Origin: an uncultured delta proteobacterium
GTDB taxonomy: Bacteria > Myxococcota > Myxococcia > Myxococcales > Myxococcaceae
Reading direction: 5' to 3'
NCBI GenBank assembly: GCA_963760425.1
Contig: CAVXCY010000001.1
Location: 46,767 to 110,766 of the forward strand
DNA length: 64,000 nucleotides
How positions within the stretch are numbered: position 1 is the stretch's first letter; each line of letters begins with the position of its first letter. The notes beneath the pieces are model-generated. The model was given only the letters and a program-made list of their open reading frames with translations, was not told the origin of the DNA and did not search any database. Below are positions 34,299 through 43,737 of this stretch, piece after piece. The translations under genes were made by a program, and so were the position numbers.

Positions 34299-35844
34299 TG
34301 CTTCCGGTTGTGGGAGCACTGCTGCTGGCCGCCGCCCCGCCGGCGCAGGACTGGCACGAGCTCAGCTCGACGCACTTCACCCTGCGCACGAACCTCGACA
34401 CGGACACAGCCATGCGGGCTGCGGTGGAAATCGCGCGCACCCGCTCCGCCCTGGTGGCGGCGATGTGGCCCCCGGTACGGGAGGTCGGCATCGAGCCAGT
34501 CGACATCATCGTCTTCAAGGACCGGACGGAATTCGAGCACTACGCGGGCGACGGGAGCCGCGGCCTCTACTCGCACTCGGCGCTTCCACCCCGCATCATC
34601 CTCTGGGGCTCCCCCGAGCGCTGGGAGCAGCGCCTCGGCCCGGCGGAGATGTTGCCTCCCTCCAACCCGCGCCGCCCGACGACGGTGGGGCAGGACGAGC
34701 TGTCGGTGCATCTGCAGTACGTCCAGGCGGGCTCCTCCTCGGTGCTTCGCCACGAGCTCGCGCACCACGTGGCCTCGGCCGTCTACCCGCGGCTGCCGCT
34801 CTGGTTCTCCGAGGGACAAGCGCAATTCCTGGAGTCCATGAAGCTCTCCGAGGATGGGCGGACGGCCACCATCGGCCTCATCAACCCGACGGCCTGGCGT
34901 GAATACCGACGCATCCGAGCGATTGACCTCCACGACGTGCTGCGCTGGACGATGCCGCTGACCGGCCTCTCGCAGAGCGAGTCGATGGGACTGTATGGGG
35001 GGGCCTGGCAGCTCTACGAATGGCTTTTCACCACGCACCGCACCTCGCTGCGCTGTCTTCAGGAGCAGCTAGCGGCGCGCGTGCTCATTGCCGACGGATG
35101 GACGCGCTGCTTCCCAGACATCGTCGCTGACCAGCTTGGCCCGGTGCTGTGGGAATTCTCCCGAAACGGGACCCCCGGGCTGAGCGAGATTGCCGTCCCA
35201 CCACTCGGTCTCGAGGTGAAGGTCCGCCCACTCACCGAAGCCGAGCTGCACCTGCTGCACGCCCAGGTGGCGCTGGCCGCCCCGCGGCGAGAGGACCTAC
35301 TGCAGGAGGTGGCCATTGAGCTGAACCAAGCGCTGGCATTGGACCCGGCCTCGGTGGGGGTGCTCCAGCTGGTCGCGCCGCTGGTGTCCCCGCAGGGCGC
35401 CTCGAGGACGCCCACCGCGCAGTCCTGGTCCACCCGGAGGACGGCTGGGCGTGGCTCCTCCTCGCCGATGCGCTGTGGGACACGGCCGGGTCAGCCGCTG
35501 AGCGGGAACGCGCATACCGACGGGCGGCCGAGCTCCTCCCCGACAGCCCGCTGGTGCTCGCCCGCACGGCGCGCAATCTCCTCTCCCGCGACGAAAGGGC
35601 CCAGGCACTCGTCCTGGCGGAGCGGGCCGCCCAGCTCGCTCCCTGGAATGGCGAGGTGCTGGCCATCGACGCGCTCGCACTGGCCGCGGCGGGCCGCTGT
35701 GGGGAGGGCCTCGGGGTGGCCGTGCAGGCCCGGGTGCTGCTGGCCGGTGCCGCCGGGCTGAGCCGCGCGCTGGAAGTGGGCCTCGCGCGCGCCTGCCCAG
35801 CCCAGGGTACGCCCGACGGCGGTGTCAGCAGCGGCCCGCGCTAG
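34298..35844 (+). pseudogene. secreted MA-clan HEXXH peptidase-like protein (DUF1570-like) with helical-repeat C-terminus; frame interrupted near 35393-35400
   Basis: Signal peptide MLPVVGALLLAAAPPAQD and HELAHH. After ..LVAPLVSPQ the sensible sequence (RLEDAHRAVLVHPEDGWAWLLLADALWD..LARTARNLLSRDERAQALVLAERAAQLAPWNGE..) continues in another frame to the TAG at 35842-35844. Span is 1547 nt (3n+2). Confidence 0.65.
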
Positions 35845-35866
35845 GGGAACTCCGGCCCCGGGGCGG

Positions 35867-36241
35867 TCAGGCGGCGGTGGGGGAGAGCAAGTCGGTCTGG
35901 CTGGGCGCCCGGCGGGAACCGTGCGCGGACCGGCAGCTTCGGCACCAGGACTGGGGAATCCGCCGGCCGCGCACCAGGCGGATTCCAAAGTCACGCACGG
36001 TGTCTCCCAGGCGCTGACAGCGCGGGCAGCGCGTGCGGGGCGGCATCTCCGCACGCTCCTGCGCCTTCTTGCCGTGCTCGACGACCAGGGCCAGTGCCGC
36101 GGCGAAGCCCACCTTCCAGCGCGAGTCGACATGCACGGTGCGTCCCGCCCCGCGTCGCGCGGCGGGGGTGACGAGGTCGATGCCCCCCAGCAGACTCTGC
36201 TGCTCGATGACCCGGCCCGGATGTCCCTGGTTCCGTTCCAT
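35867..36241 (-). CDS. small protein with C-terminal treble-clef zinc ribbon, hypothetical
   Basis: 124 aa with good G/C3 bias. C-terminal RCPRCQRLGDTVRDFGIRLVRGRRIPQSWCRSCR resembles the CxxC..F..G..(Q)SWC(K/R)xC ribbon seen in phage/HNH-associated proteins. Relatively AT-rich upstream region. Confidence 0.55.
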   Translation of the reverse strand: MERNQGHPGRVIEQQSLLGGIDLVTPAARRGAGRTVHVDSRWKVGFAAALALVVEHGKKAQERAEMPPRTRCPRCQRLGDTVRDFGIRLVRGRRIPQSWCRSCRSAHGSRRAPSQTDLLSPTAA

Positions 36242-36396
36242 GAGAGGACTCTCTCATGCGGGACTGACAATCCGTTCAGTATAGAGGCCTTTGGTTTTTG
36301 GGCGCCTGAGACACCGCTCACAACCGGGCCGAGGCCATGGCCCACAGGGCGAAGCCCGGGGCTGAAGGCGTTGCCCGCGCCCGACCGGTAGCCGGG

Positions 36397-36942
36397 CTAC
36401 CGAGCGATGACCCCGCAGGCGATGCGGTCGCCGGCGTCACCGGCGGGTTGACTCGTGTAGTCGTCTGCCTTGGCGTGGATGACGAGGGCCGTCCCGTCCG
36501 CGTCGAGCACGGTGTTCGGGCCGTCCGCCAGGGTCAGGCCTATGGCGAACAGCTCGAAGTCGAGCTTTCCATTCTTCGGGACGACGAGATTGGGGAGGTC
36601 CCCGGCGTGCATCCCGGCGGGGTCCATCATCCCGTGCTCCTTCTTGGAGGGATTGAAGTGGCCGCCCGAGCTCTTGAAAGGGGGCTCGCACTTGCCAATC
36701 TCGTGGAAGTGCATGGCGTGGGTTCCCGGGGGTAGGCCGACCAGGCTTCCGCGCAATAGCAAGCCGTGCGGCGTGTCCACCAGCAGCACGGTTCCGACCG
36801 TCTTGCCCTTCTGGTCTTTGAGTTCCACCGTCTTCGGGGGCGCGGTGGCCGGGGCGGCCGGTGAGGGCGTAGGGGCTTGCGCGAAGGCGACGCCCGCGCT
36901 GCACAGGACCGCCACCAGTCCGCTGCGAACAGCTCGTGTCAT
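36397..36942 (-). CDS. sodC: Cu/Zn superoxide dismutase, periplasmic
   Basis: Signal peptide, HAMHFHEIGKC, GGHFNP, HAGDLPNL and DRIACGVI. AGGAGG RBS upstream. Confidence 0.93.
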   Translation of the reverse strand: MTRAVRSGLVAVLCSAGVAFAQAPTPSPAAPATAPPKTVELKDQKGKTVGTVLLVDTPHGLLLRGSLVGLPPGTHAMHFHEIGKCEPPFKSSGGHFNPSKKEHGMMDPAGMHAGDLPNLVVPKNGKLDFELFAIGLTLADGPNTVLDADGTALVIHAKADDYTSQPAGDAGDRIACGVIAR

Positions 36943-36969
36943 CGCGTTCCTCCTAGAGAGGGCAGGTGC

Positions 36970-38586
36970 TTAACCCCGGACACCCCGGCCGGCGACTCGA
37001 ATTCCACCGGGCGTTGCCTCCAGAACGGTGTCCAGCGGCACCGGAAGGGTGCGCGAACGCCCGAAGGCCGGGGCCCAGACTTCCTGCACGGCCGGGCTGT
37101 TGACGAAGGCGACCACCCGCTCGAAGACACGGCGTCCGCCGCCGAGGCGACGGGCCCACTCGCGGCCGGCCAGCGACAGGTTCAGCACGGAGGGGCCGAG
37201 GTCTTCCGTGCGCCGGCCGACGCCGGGTCCCAAGGCCCACACCCGCGCCGGGACCTCCAGCGGGGCAAAGCGTGCATGGCGATGGGCCGGAATGCACCCC
37301 GGGGCGTCCAGCAGCGCCGCGGAGAGAGGAAGCTCCCGCACATTGAAGACCAGCTTGCAGGGGTGGAGGTGTGGGTCGAAGCGCCCCGTCAGCCGGTGGT
37401 CGCCGCGCGGAATCAGTCGCCGGTCGAGGTAACAGAAGGCCAGCGCTGAGTCGGGGACACCACGGCGGTGGCGAGCTCCGGCGTAGCGGATGAATGGCCG
37501 CACCGCGCTTCGCTCCGCTCTCGACGGAAGCCCCGCTCGCCCGCGCAGGGCCTCGAGCTTCGGGACAAGCCGCCGGGGCAACCCGTATGTCTCGGCGAAG
37601 CGCTGCAGATGCCGGGGGGACGTTCCAAGGAAGGCGTCGACGCGGGCCATCAGCCTGTCCGCGTCGGCATCGACCAGGAGCTCATCGAAGCGCGTCTTGA
37701 GGCCGGTGCAGTGCACCGGCACCAGCTGGTCAATGGGCTGTCCGCGTTCGCGCCAGCGGGCGTCCAGTGTGCGTGCCGCCGCGCTGGTGGGCCGCAGGTT
37801 CCACTCCGGCCCCTCGGGGACGAAACGCAGCTCACGCCCGAGGCGGAGCGGCGCACCGGACAGCCGCTCCCGGAACGCGACCGGCCGGCTTGTACCGGAA
37901 CTCCGCCACACCGTGATGCAGGTGCGGACACGGGTTCCGGGGAAGGCACCGGAGCCCAGGTCGACGACGTGCTCGAGCGCGAGCGAGCCGAGCAGATGCT
38001 GGCGCAGGGGCGCATAGAGGAAGGCGTCGAGCAACGTGGCGGACGTCACCCAGGCGAGCACGCCGCGCCGGCGCTGCAGGTGGTGGGCGGCCAGCAGGAC
38101 GAAGAAGGCGAAATCGTCTCGGAGACTGGTGCCTCGTGGGAGCAAGCCGTCCAGCCCGACGCGGGCGCGGAGTGCGGCATAGGCCCGCGGGTCTCCCAGC
38201 AATGGCGAAGTGCCATTGTAGGGCGGGTTCCCGAGCCAGAGCTCGATGTTCCCGGGCGGCAAGGCGGCCTGCAACTCGGTCCAGCCCTCGCGCAGGCCAT
38301 CGCCGACTAGGACGTGCGCCCGGTGGACACGCGCGCGGGCCGTCTGCGCGAGCGTCTCCGACAGCTCGAGGCCCAAAAGGCGCGCCGTCGGGAGCCGCGC
38401 CGCGGCGCCGGCCAGGAACGCCCCGTGGCCGCAGGCCGGGTCCACCACGGTGACCGCGCCCGGGGGTAGCAACGGCAGCGCCAAGTCGAGGACCGTCTCC
38501 ACCAGCTCCGGGGGCGTCAGGTACACCCCATGGCGTCGCCGGTCGCTGGCCGGGGGAAGGACCGCCGTGGGCCGTGGCAGGGGCAT
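36970..38586 (-). CDS. gamma-class N6-adenine DNA methyltransferase (M.TaqI/Eco57I-like) with large C-terminal specificity-like domain
   Basis: YLTPPELVETVLDL, motif I VVDPACGHGAFL and motif IV LGNPPYNG, followed by VLAWVTSATLL, collinear with M.TaqI. The ~300-aa C-terminal region contains an RPF..Y motif reminiscent of type ISP/YeeA target-recognition domains. No nuclease domain seen. Confidence 0.85.
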   Translation of the reverse strand: MPLPRPTAVLPPASDRRRHGVYLTPPELVETVLDLALPLLPPGAVTVVDPACGHGAFLAGAAARLPTARLLGLELSETLAQTARARVHRAHVLVGDGLREGWTELQAALPPGNIELWLGNPPYNGTSPLLGDPRAYAALRARVGLDGLLPRGTSLRDDFAFFVLLAAHHLQRRRGVLAWVTSATLLDAFLYAPLRQHLLGSLALEHVVDLGSGAFPGTRVRTCITVWRSSGTSRPVAFRERLSGAPLRLGRELRFVPEGPEWNLRPTSAAARTLDARWRERGQPIDQLVPVHCTGLKTRFDELLVDADADRLMARVDAFLGTSPRHLQRFAETYGLPRRLVPKLEALRGRAGLPSRAERSAVRPFIRYAGARHRRGVPDSALAFCYLDRRLIPRGDHRLTGRFDPHLHPCKLVFNVRELPLSAALLDAPGCIPAHRHARFAPLEVPARVWALGPGVGRRTEDLGPSVLNLSLAGREWARRLGGGRRVFERVVAFVNSPAVQEVWAPAFGRSRTLPVPLDTVLEATPGGIRVAGRGVRG

Positions 38587-38712
38587 GTGCGGACGGCCCG
38601 GAGGCTACCCCCCAGGCCCGACGGCGCGGCCCCCCGGATGTCCTGCCGTCGGTGCCGGCGGGCCGGGCCGCGGGAACGCGTCGCCCAGCCGTGTTAGGTG
38701 CTGGGGTGGCCC

Positions 38713-41700
38713 ATGTCCTTCACCCATCTGCACCTGCACACGCTGTATTCCCTCCTCGACGGCGCGATTCGCATGAAGGACCTCATCAAGACGGTCCAGG
38801 CGAAAGGGATGTCCGCAGTTGCAGTCACCGACCATGGCAACATGTTCGGCGCCATCGACTTCTACCGGAAGGCCAAGGACGCAGGCGTCAAGCCCATCCT
38901 GGGGATGGAAGCGTACGTCGCTGGAGAGAAGGGCCGGGAGGACCGGAACGAGAAGGTGGCGCATCATCTCATCCTCCTGGCCAAGAATGAGGAGGGGTAC
39001 GCCAATCTCCGGGTGCTCGCCTCCCGTGCCTACCTCGACGGCTTCTACTACCACCCGCGCATCGACAAGCAGCTCCTCCGGGAGCACAGCGCCGGGCTGT
39101 TCGGCCTGACCGCCTGCCTCGGCGGAGAGGTGACGGCCGCCTGCTTTCGTGGGGACATGGACCACGCCCGGCGGACGGCCCGCCAGTACAAGGAGATTTT
39201 CGCCCCGGGCCATTTCTTCCTCGAGATTCAGTCCAACGGACTTCCCGAGCAGGAGCTGGCCAACACCAACCTCAAGCAGCTGTCGCGGGACGTGGACGTC
39301 CCGCTGGTGGCCACTGCCGACGCTCACTACATCAAGCGCGAGGATGCACGCGCCCACGAGCTGTTGATGGCCATCGCCTCGGGCAAGACGCTGGCCGACA
39401 ACAAGCGGATGAAGCACACCACCGACAAGCTGTACGTCACCAGCCCGGAGGAGATGCTGGCGTATTTCACCGACGTGCCGGAAGCGGTGCACAACACGAT
39501 GCGCATCGCCGAGGCCTGCACCCTGGAGCTGAAGCTCGGCACGCCGATGCTTCCCACCTTCCGGGTGCCGGAGGCACATACCCCGGACTCCTACATGGCG
39601 GAGCTCGCCACGCGGGGCATGGAGGAGCGGTTTCGCGAGCTGAGTTACCCGGTCGACCGGGAGGTGTACCTGCACCGGCTGGGGACCGAGCTGGCGATGA
39701 TTTCAGCGATGGGGTTCTCGAGTTACTTCCTCATCGTCCAGGACTTCATCAACTGGGCGAAGCGGAACGGAATCCCGGTCGGCCCCGGACGTGGCTCCGG
39801 AGCGGGTTCGCTGGTGGCGTACGCCCTGCGCATCACCGACCTCGACCCCCTTCCGTACAACCTGCTGTTCGAGCGGTTCCTCAATCCCGAGCGCGTGTCG
39901 ATGCCCGACTTCGACATCGACTTCTGCCAGGAGCGGCGCGATGAGGTGATTGACTACGTCGCCGGCAAGTACGGGCAGAACAACGTCGGCCAAATCATCA
40001 CCTTCGGCTCCCTCAAGGCCAAGAGCGTGCTGCGCGACGTGGCGCGGGTCTTCGGCCTTCCCTTCTCCGAAGGCGACCGCATCGCCAAGCTGGTGCCGGA
40101 AATTCTCAACATCACCCTGAAGGAGGCCATCGAGAAGGAGCCGCGGCTCAAGGAGATGATTGACGCGCCCACCGTGCTGGGCACCCTGGACGACGGCCGG
40201 CAAGTCACTTCCAAGGAGCTGCTGGAGATTGCCCTGGCCCTGGAGGGGCTCCACCGGCAGGCCGGGATGCACGCCGCGGGCGTGGTCATTGCCGACCAGC
40301 CACTGTGGAACTACGTCCCCATCTACCAGCCGCCTGGCGAGAAGGTGCTCATTACCCAGTTCGCCAAGGACGAGGTGGAGGCCGCGGGCCTGGTGAAGTT
40401 CGACTTTCTCGGCCTCACCACGCTCACCGTCATCCAGCACGCACTGACGCTCATCAACCGCAACCGGGCGGAAGGCCAGCAGCTGCAAGCCCACCAGATC
40501 CCCATCGCGGACACGGCGACCTTCGAGCTCATCTCGCGCGGAGACACGGCCGGGGTGTTTCAGATGGAATCGAGTGGATTCACCGAGATGGTGATGAAGC
40601 TCAAACCGACCTGCTTCGAGGACGTCATCGCCGCCGGCGCGCTGTACCGACCGGGCCCCCTGGATGCGGGCATGGTCGACGTCTTCATCGACCGCAAGCA
40701 CGGCCGCGAGAAAGTGGTCTATCCGCACCCGGCACTGGAGCCGGTGCTCAAGGACACCTACGGCGTCATCGTCTACCAAGAGCAGGTGATGCAAATTAGC
40801 CAGGTGCTGGGCGGCTACTCGCTCGGCCGCGCCGACCTGCTCCGCCGGGCGATGGGCAAGAAGAAGGCCGAGGTGATGCAGGCCGAACGGGCCGGCTTTC
40901 TCGATGGGTGCCGGCAGAAGGGGGTGGACCCCAAGGTCGCCGGCGAGATTTTCGACCTGATGGAGAAGTTCGCCGAGTACGGCTTCAACAAGTCGCACTC
41001 CGCGGCCTACGGCCTCATCACCATTCAGACGGCCTGGCTCAAGGCGCACTACCCCACCGAGTTCATGGCGGCCCTGCTCACCAGCGAGAAGGACAACACC
41101 GACAAGGTGGTGGCCCACATCGCCGAGGCCCGTGCTGCCGGACTGGAGGTGCTGCCTCCAGATGTCAACCAGTCCGACCTCGCCTTCGGCGCGGTGGAGG
41201 GGAAAATCCGCTTCGGCCTCGGCGCCATCAAGGGCGTGGGAGAGAGCGCCATCGAGGCCATCCTCGAAGCGCGCGCCAAGGGCCCGTTTCGGGACCTGTT
41301 TGACTTCTGCGAGCGGGTCGACGCGCGCCGGGTCAATCGCAAGGGGCTGGAGGCCTTGGTCAAGGCCGGGGCCTTTGACTTCGAGCGGCGCCCGCGTCGG
41401 CAGCTTTTCCTGAGCATCGAGCGGGCATCCGAGCGTGGCGCGTCGGCCCAACGCGACCGGGCCGTGGGCCAGTCGTCGCTGTTCGGCCTGCTGGGGGCCC
41501 CGGACGCGTCGCGGGCCGCCCCGGTGGCGACGGGCGAGTACGTGGCGTGCGAGGAGTGGCCCGAGAAGGAGCGCCTGGCGGCGGAAAAGGAAGCCATTGG
41601 CTTCTACGTCTCCGGCCACCCCTTGCACCAGTACGAGCGCGAGCTTCGTCGCTGGGCCCGCCCGGCAGCGTCGGTGCAGCGGGCCCGCCGCGACGAAATG

Positions 41701-42264
41701 GTGACGGTGGCCGGCATCGTCACCCAGCTGCGGGAGCGCCCCACCAAGACGGGCAAGCGCATGGCCTGGGTGACCCTGGAGGACCTCTCCGGGTCGGTGG
41801 AACTGGTGTGCTTTCCAGGCAAAGAGGCGGGCCGCAGCGTGATGGGCAAGGATGGGAAGTGGACCAAAGGTGGGGCGCGGCCGGGGTACGAGGCTTGGGA
41901 GCAACTCCTCAAGGCCGACGACCCCATTCTGGTGACCGGCACGGTGCAGGTGAACATCCGGGACGAGGAGAATCCCGTCGCCGAGCTCATCGTCGAGCAG
42001 GTCCAGAGCCTGAAGGAGGTCCGAGACAAGCGGCTGAAGCGCCTCGAGCTGCGGGTGCGCGCGGACCTGGTCACCGACGAGCGCCTGGAGGAGCTCTCCC
42101 GCCTGGCCCAGTCGCATGCCGGGGCGACGCCCATCGCGCTCTCCATCGTCTTTCCCGGGGAGGCCGAAGCCGTCATCGGCGCCCCGCTGAAGGTGGACGT
42201 CACCGACGAGCTCATCGCACAGGTGGACCGCCTCTTTGGGGAGAAGGTCGTCGAGCTCGGCTGA
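38713..42264 (+). CDS. dnaE: DNA polymerase III alpha subunit
   Basis: PHP domain FTHLHLHTLYSLLDG, GPGRGSGAGSLVAYAL and FNKSHSAAY. 1183 aa. Confidence 0.97.
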   Translation: MSFTHLHLHTLYSLLDGAIRMKDLIKTVQAKGMSAVAVTDHGNMFGAIDFYRKAKDAGVKPILGMEAYVAGEKGREDRNEKVAHHLILLAKNEEGYANLRVLASRAYLDGFYYHPRIDKQLLREHSAGLFGLTACLGGEVTAACFRGDMDHARRTARQYKEIFAPGHFFLEIQSNGLPEQELANTNLKQLSRDVDVPLVATADAHYIKREDARAHELLMAIASGKTLADNKRMKHTTDKLYVTSPEEMLAYFTDVPEAVHNTMRIAEACTLELKLGTPMLPTFRVPEAHTPDSYMAELATRGMEERFRELSYPVDREVYLHRLGTELAMISAMGFSSYFLIVQDFINWAKRNGIPVGPGRGSGAGSLVAYALRITDLDPLPYNLLFERFLNPERVSMPDFDIDFCQERRDEVIDYVAGKYGQNNVGQIITFGSLKAKSVLRDVARVFGLPFSEGDRIAKLVPEILNITLKEAIEKEPRLKEMIDAPTVLGTLDDGRQVTSKELLEIALALEGLHRQAGMHAAGVVIADQPLWNYVPIYQPPGEKVLITQFAKDEVEAAGLVKFDFLGLTTLTVIQHALTLINRNRAEGQQLQAHQIPIADTATFELISRGDTAGVFQMESSGFTEMVMKLKPTCFEDVIAAGALYRPGPLDAGMVDVFIDRKHGREKVVYPHPALEPVLKDTYGVIVYQEQVMQISQVLGGYSLGRADLLRRAMGKKKAEVMQAERAGFLDGCRQKGVDPKVAGEIFDLMEKFAEYGFNKSHSAAYGLITIQTAWLKAHYPTEFMAALLTSEKDNTDKVVAHIAEARAAGLEVLPPDVNQSDLAFGAVEGKIRFGLGAIKGVGESAIEAILEARAKGPFRDLFDFCERVDARRVNRKGLEALVKAGAFDFERRPRRQLFLSIERASERGASAQRDRAVGQSSLFGLLGAPDASRAAPVATGEYVACEEWPEKERLAAEKEAIGFYVSGHPLHQYERELRRWARPAASVQRARRDEMVTVAGIVTQLRERPTKTGKRMAWVTLEDLSGSVELVCFPGKEAGRSVMGKDGKWTKGGARPGYEAWEQLLKADDPILVTGTVQVNIRDEENPVAELIVEQVQSLKEVRDKRLKRLELRVRADLVTDERLEELSRLAQSHAGATPIALSIVFPGEAEAVIGAPLKVDVTDELIAQVDRLFGEKVVELG

Positions 42265-42333
42265 GCGGCGGGGCCCGGGTCCAGCTCGCCCCGGTGCGGG
42301 CCTTTGCCCAAGGCTGTGCGAGACTGCAGGGCG

Positions 42334-43614
42334 ATGCGCATGCGTTCCCGGGCGCTTTGCCTGCTGGCGGCCCTGGCTCTGCTACCCGGGTGTCGGCCCA
42401 ACACTTCAGCCGAGTATGCCGAGGCCCATCGGCTCTTCAGCCAGCTCTACGCCACCCACCTGGACGCCGCCTACACGCGCCCCGAGATGGACCGGGTGGT
42501 GAGCCTGTTACAGGCGGTTCCGGACAAGAGCGTGGACGCTGCGGCCGCGCGAGAGCTGCTCGCGCGAATCGAGGCGGGCCGTGCCCAACTCGCCCGCGAG
42601 GAGGAGCTGCGACGCAGCCTCCTCCATGACTTGTTGTCGGCTTCCGTCGAGGATTCGGACGCAAAACCGAAGGAGGGAAGAGGCGCAGCCCTGACCGATG
42701 CGGGCGAGCCCGACGCGGGTCCGCCCCTCGACGGAGGGCCCCGCCGTCGCCGCGCACAGTGGGCCTGTACCCCTTCGGCGTTCCGCGTGCTTCTGCCCTT
42801 CGAGGCGCGCGACACAGCCTTCGTCAGCCAGGGGAACGGTACCCGCCTTACCCACCAAGGTGCCTCGCGCTTCGCCTTCGACTTCAACGTCCCCATCGGG
42901 ACGGCCATCGTCGCGGCCGCGCCGGGCATCGTGCTGCAGACACAGGACACCTTCGACCGTTCGGCCGACATGGACCCGGAGCAATACAACTTCGTGCTGG
43001 TGCACCACGGCGACGGCGTGCTCACCGAGTACGGGCATTTGCGACACCACGGAACGCGCGTCCGACCAGGCCAGCGGGTGGCGCAGGGCGAGCTCCTCGG
43101 GTACTCGGGCGACACCGGTAGGTCCACCGGCCCGCACCTACACTTCGCGGTGGAGGACGCGAGCCTGCAGTCTCAGCCCGCCTGCTTCCTCGACGTCGAG
43201 TCTGGTGTCCCCCAGGCTGGAGAAGTCGTGAAGTCGGGCAACGTGCCGGGGCCCGAGCCATCCGCGGATGTCGACGTGGCGGCCGTCCCCTCCACGGCCT
43301 TCGCCAGCCAGCAAATCGCGCTGGAGTCGAAGCTGCCGCTCTTGCTGCCGAACACGGAGGTCGAGATTGAGGGGCGAGTCGAGGCCCCCGCGCGGGAGGT
43401 GTTGCTCTGGGTGCGGCCCCAGGGGGCGCACGACCCGCTGCGGCGCCTGGTGGCGCCGGTGAATGCCGACGGCCGATTCCAGGTCAGGCTTCCCCTCGAG
43501 GGACTGGAGGGCATCCAGTGGATTGGCTTCTCCCGCGTCCATGGGCGCGGGGCCTGGAAAGGCTGGTCCGTGCGCCGGTTTTGCGTCGCGCCGGAGTCCC
43601 CCCTGGAGCGCTGA
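42334..43614 (+). CDS. M23-family peptidase lipoprotein
   Basis: Lipobox LALLPGC. M23 motifs FAFDFNVPIGT and YSGDTGRSTGPHLHFAV. Confidence 0.85.
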   Translation: MRMRSRALCLLAALALLPGCRPNTSAEYAEAHRLFSQLYATHLDAAYTRPEMDRVVSLLQAVPDKSVDAAAARELLARIEAGRAQLAREEELRRSLLHDLLSASVEDSDAKPKEGRGAALTDAGEPDAGPPLDGGPRRRRAQWACTPSAFRVLLPFEARDTAFVSQGNGTRLTHQGASRFAFDFNVPIGTAIVAAAPGIVLQTQDTFDRSADMDPEQYNFVLVHHGDGVLTEYGHLRHHGTRVRPGQRVAQGELLGYSGDTGRSTGPHLHFAVEDASLQSQPACFLDVESGVPQAGEVVKSGNVPGPEPSADVDVAAVPSTAFASQQIALESKLPLLLPNTEVEIEGRVEAPAREVLLWVRPQGAHDPLRRLVAPVNADGRFQVRLPLEGLEGIQWIGFSRVHGRGAWKGWSVRRFCVAPESPLER

Positions 43615-43616
43615 AG

Positions 43617-43669
43617 CCTGCCGAGGCGGGCCCCCCACCCCGGGGGGGAAGCCGGCGGCCTCGTCAGGG
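43617..43669 (+). terminator. compound GC-rich stem-loop after the M23 gene
   Basis: Outer imperfect inverted repeat CCTGCCGAGGC / GCCTCGTCAGG enclosing C6-ACCCC-G6. No U-tract. Confidence 0.3.
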
Positions 43670-43737
43670 CGGATTTCCTGGTAGGGTTTTCCGTTGTCGG
43701 CCGGGATGGGTTCCCAGGCCGGCCGGGGAGAAGCCCC

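Noticed and set aside
35867-38586. Methyltransferase, sodC and zinc-ribbon genes as a mobile restriction-modification island
   Set aside because: No integrase, transposase, direct repeats or tRNA border is present, and no recognisable endonuclease. Codon usage of the methyltransferase matches its neighbours. It is kept as a finding about an orphan methyltransferase, not called a mobile element.
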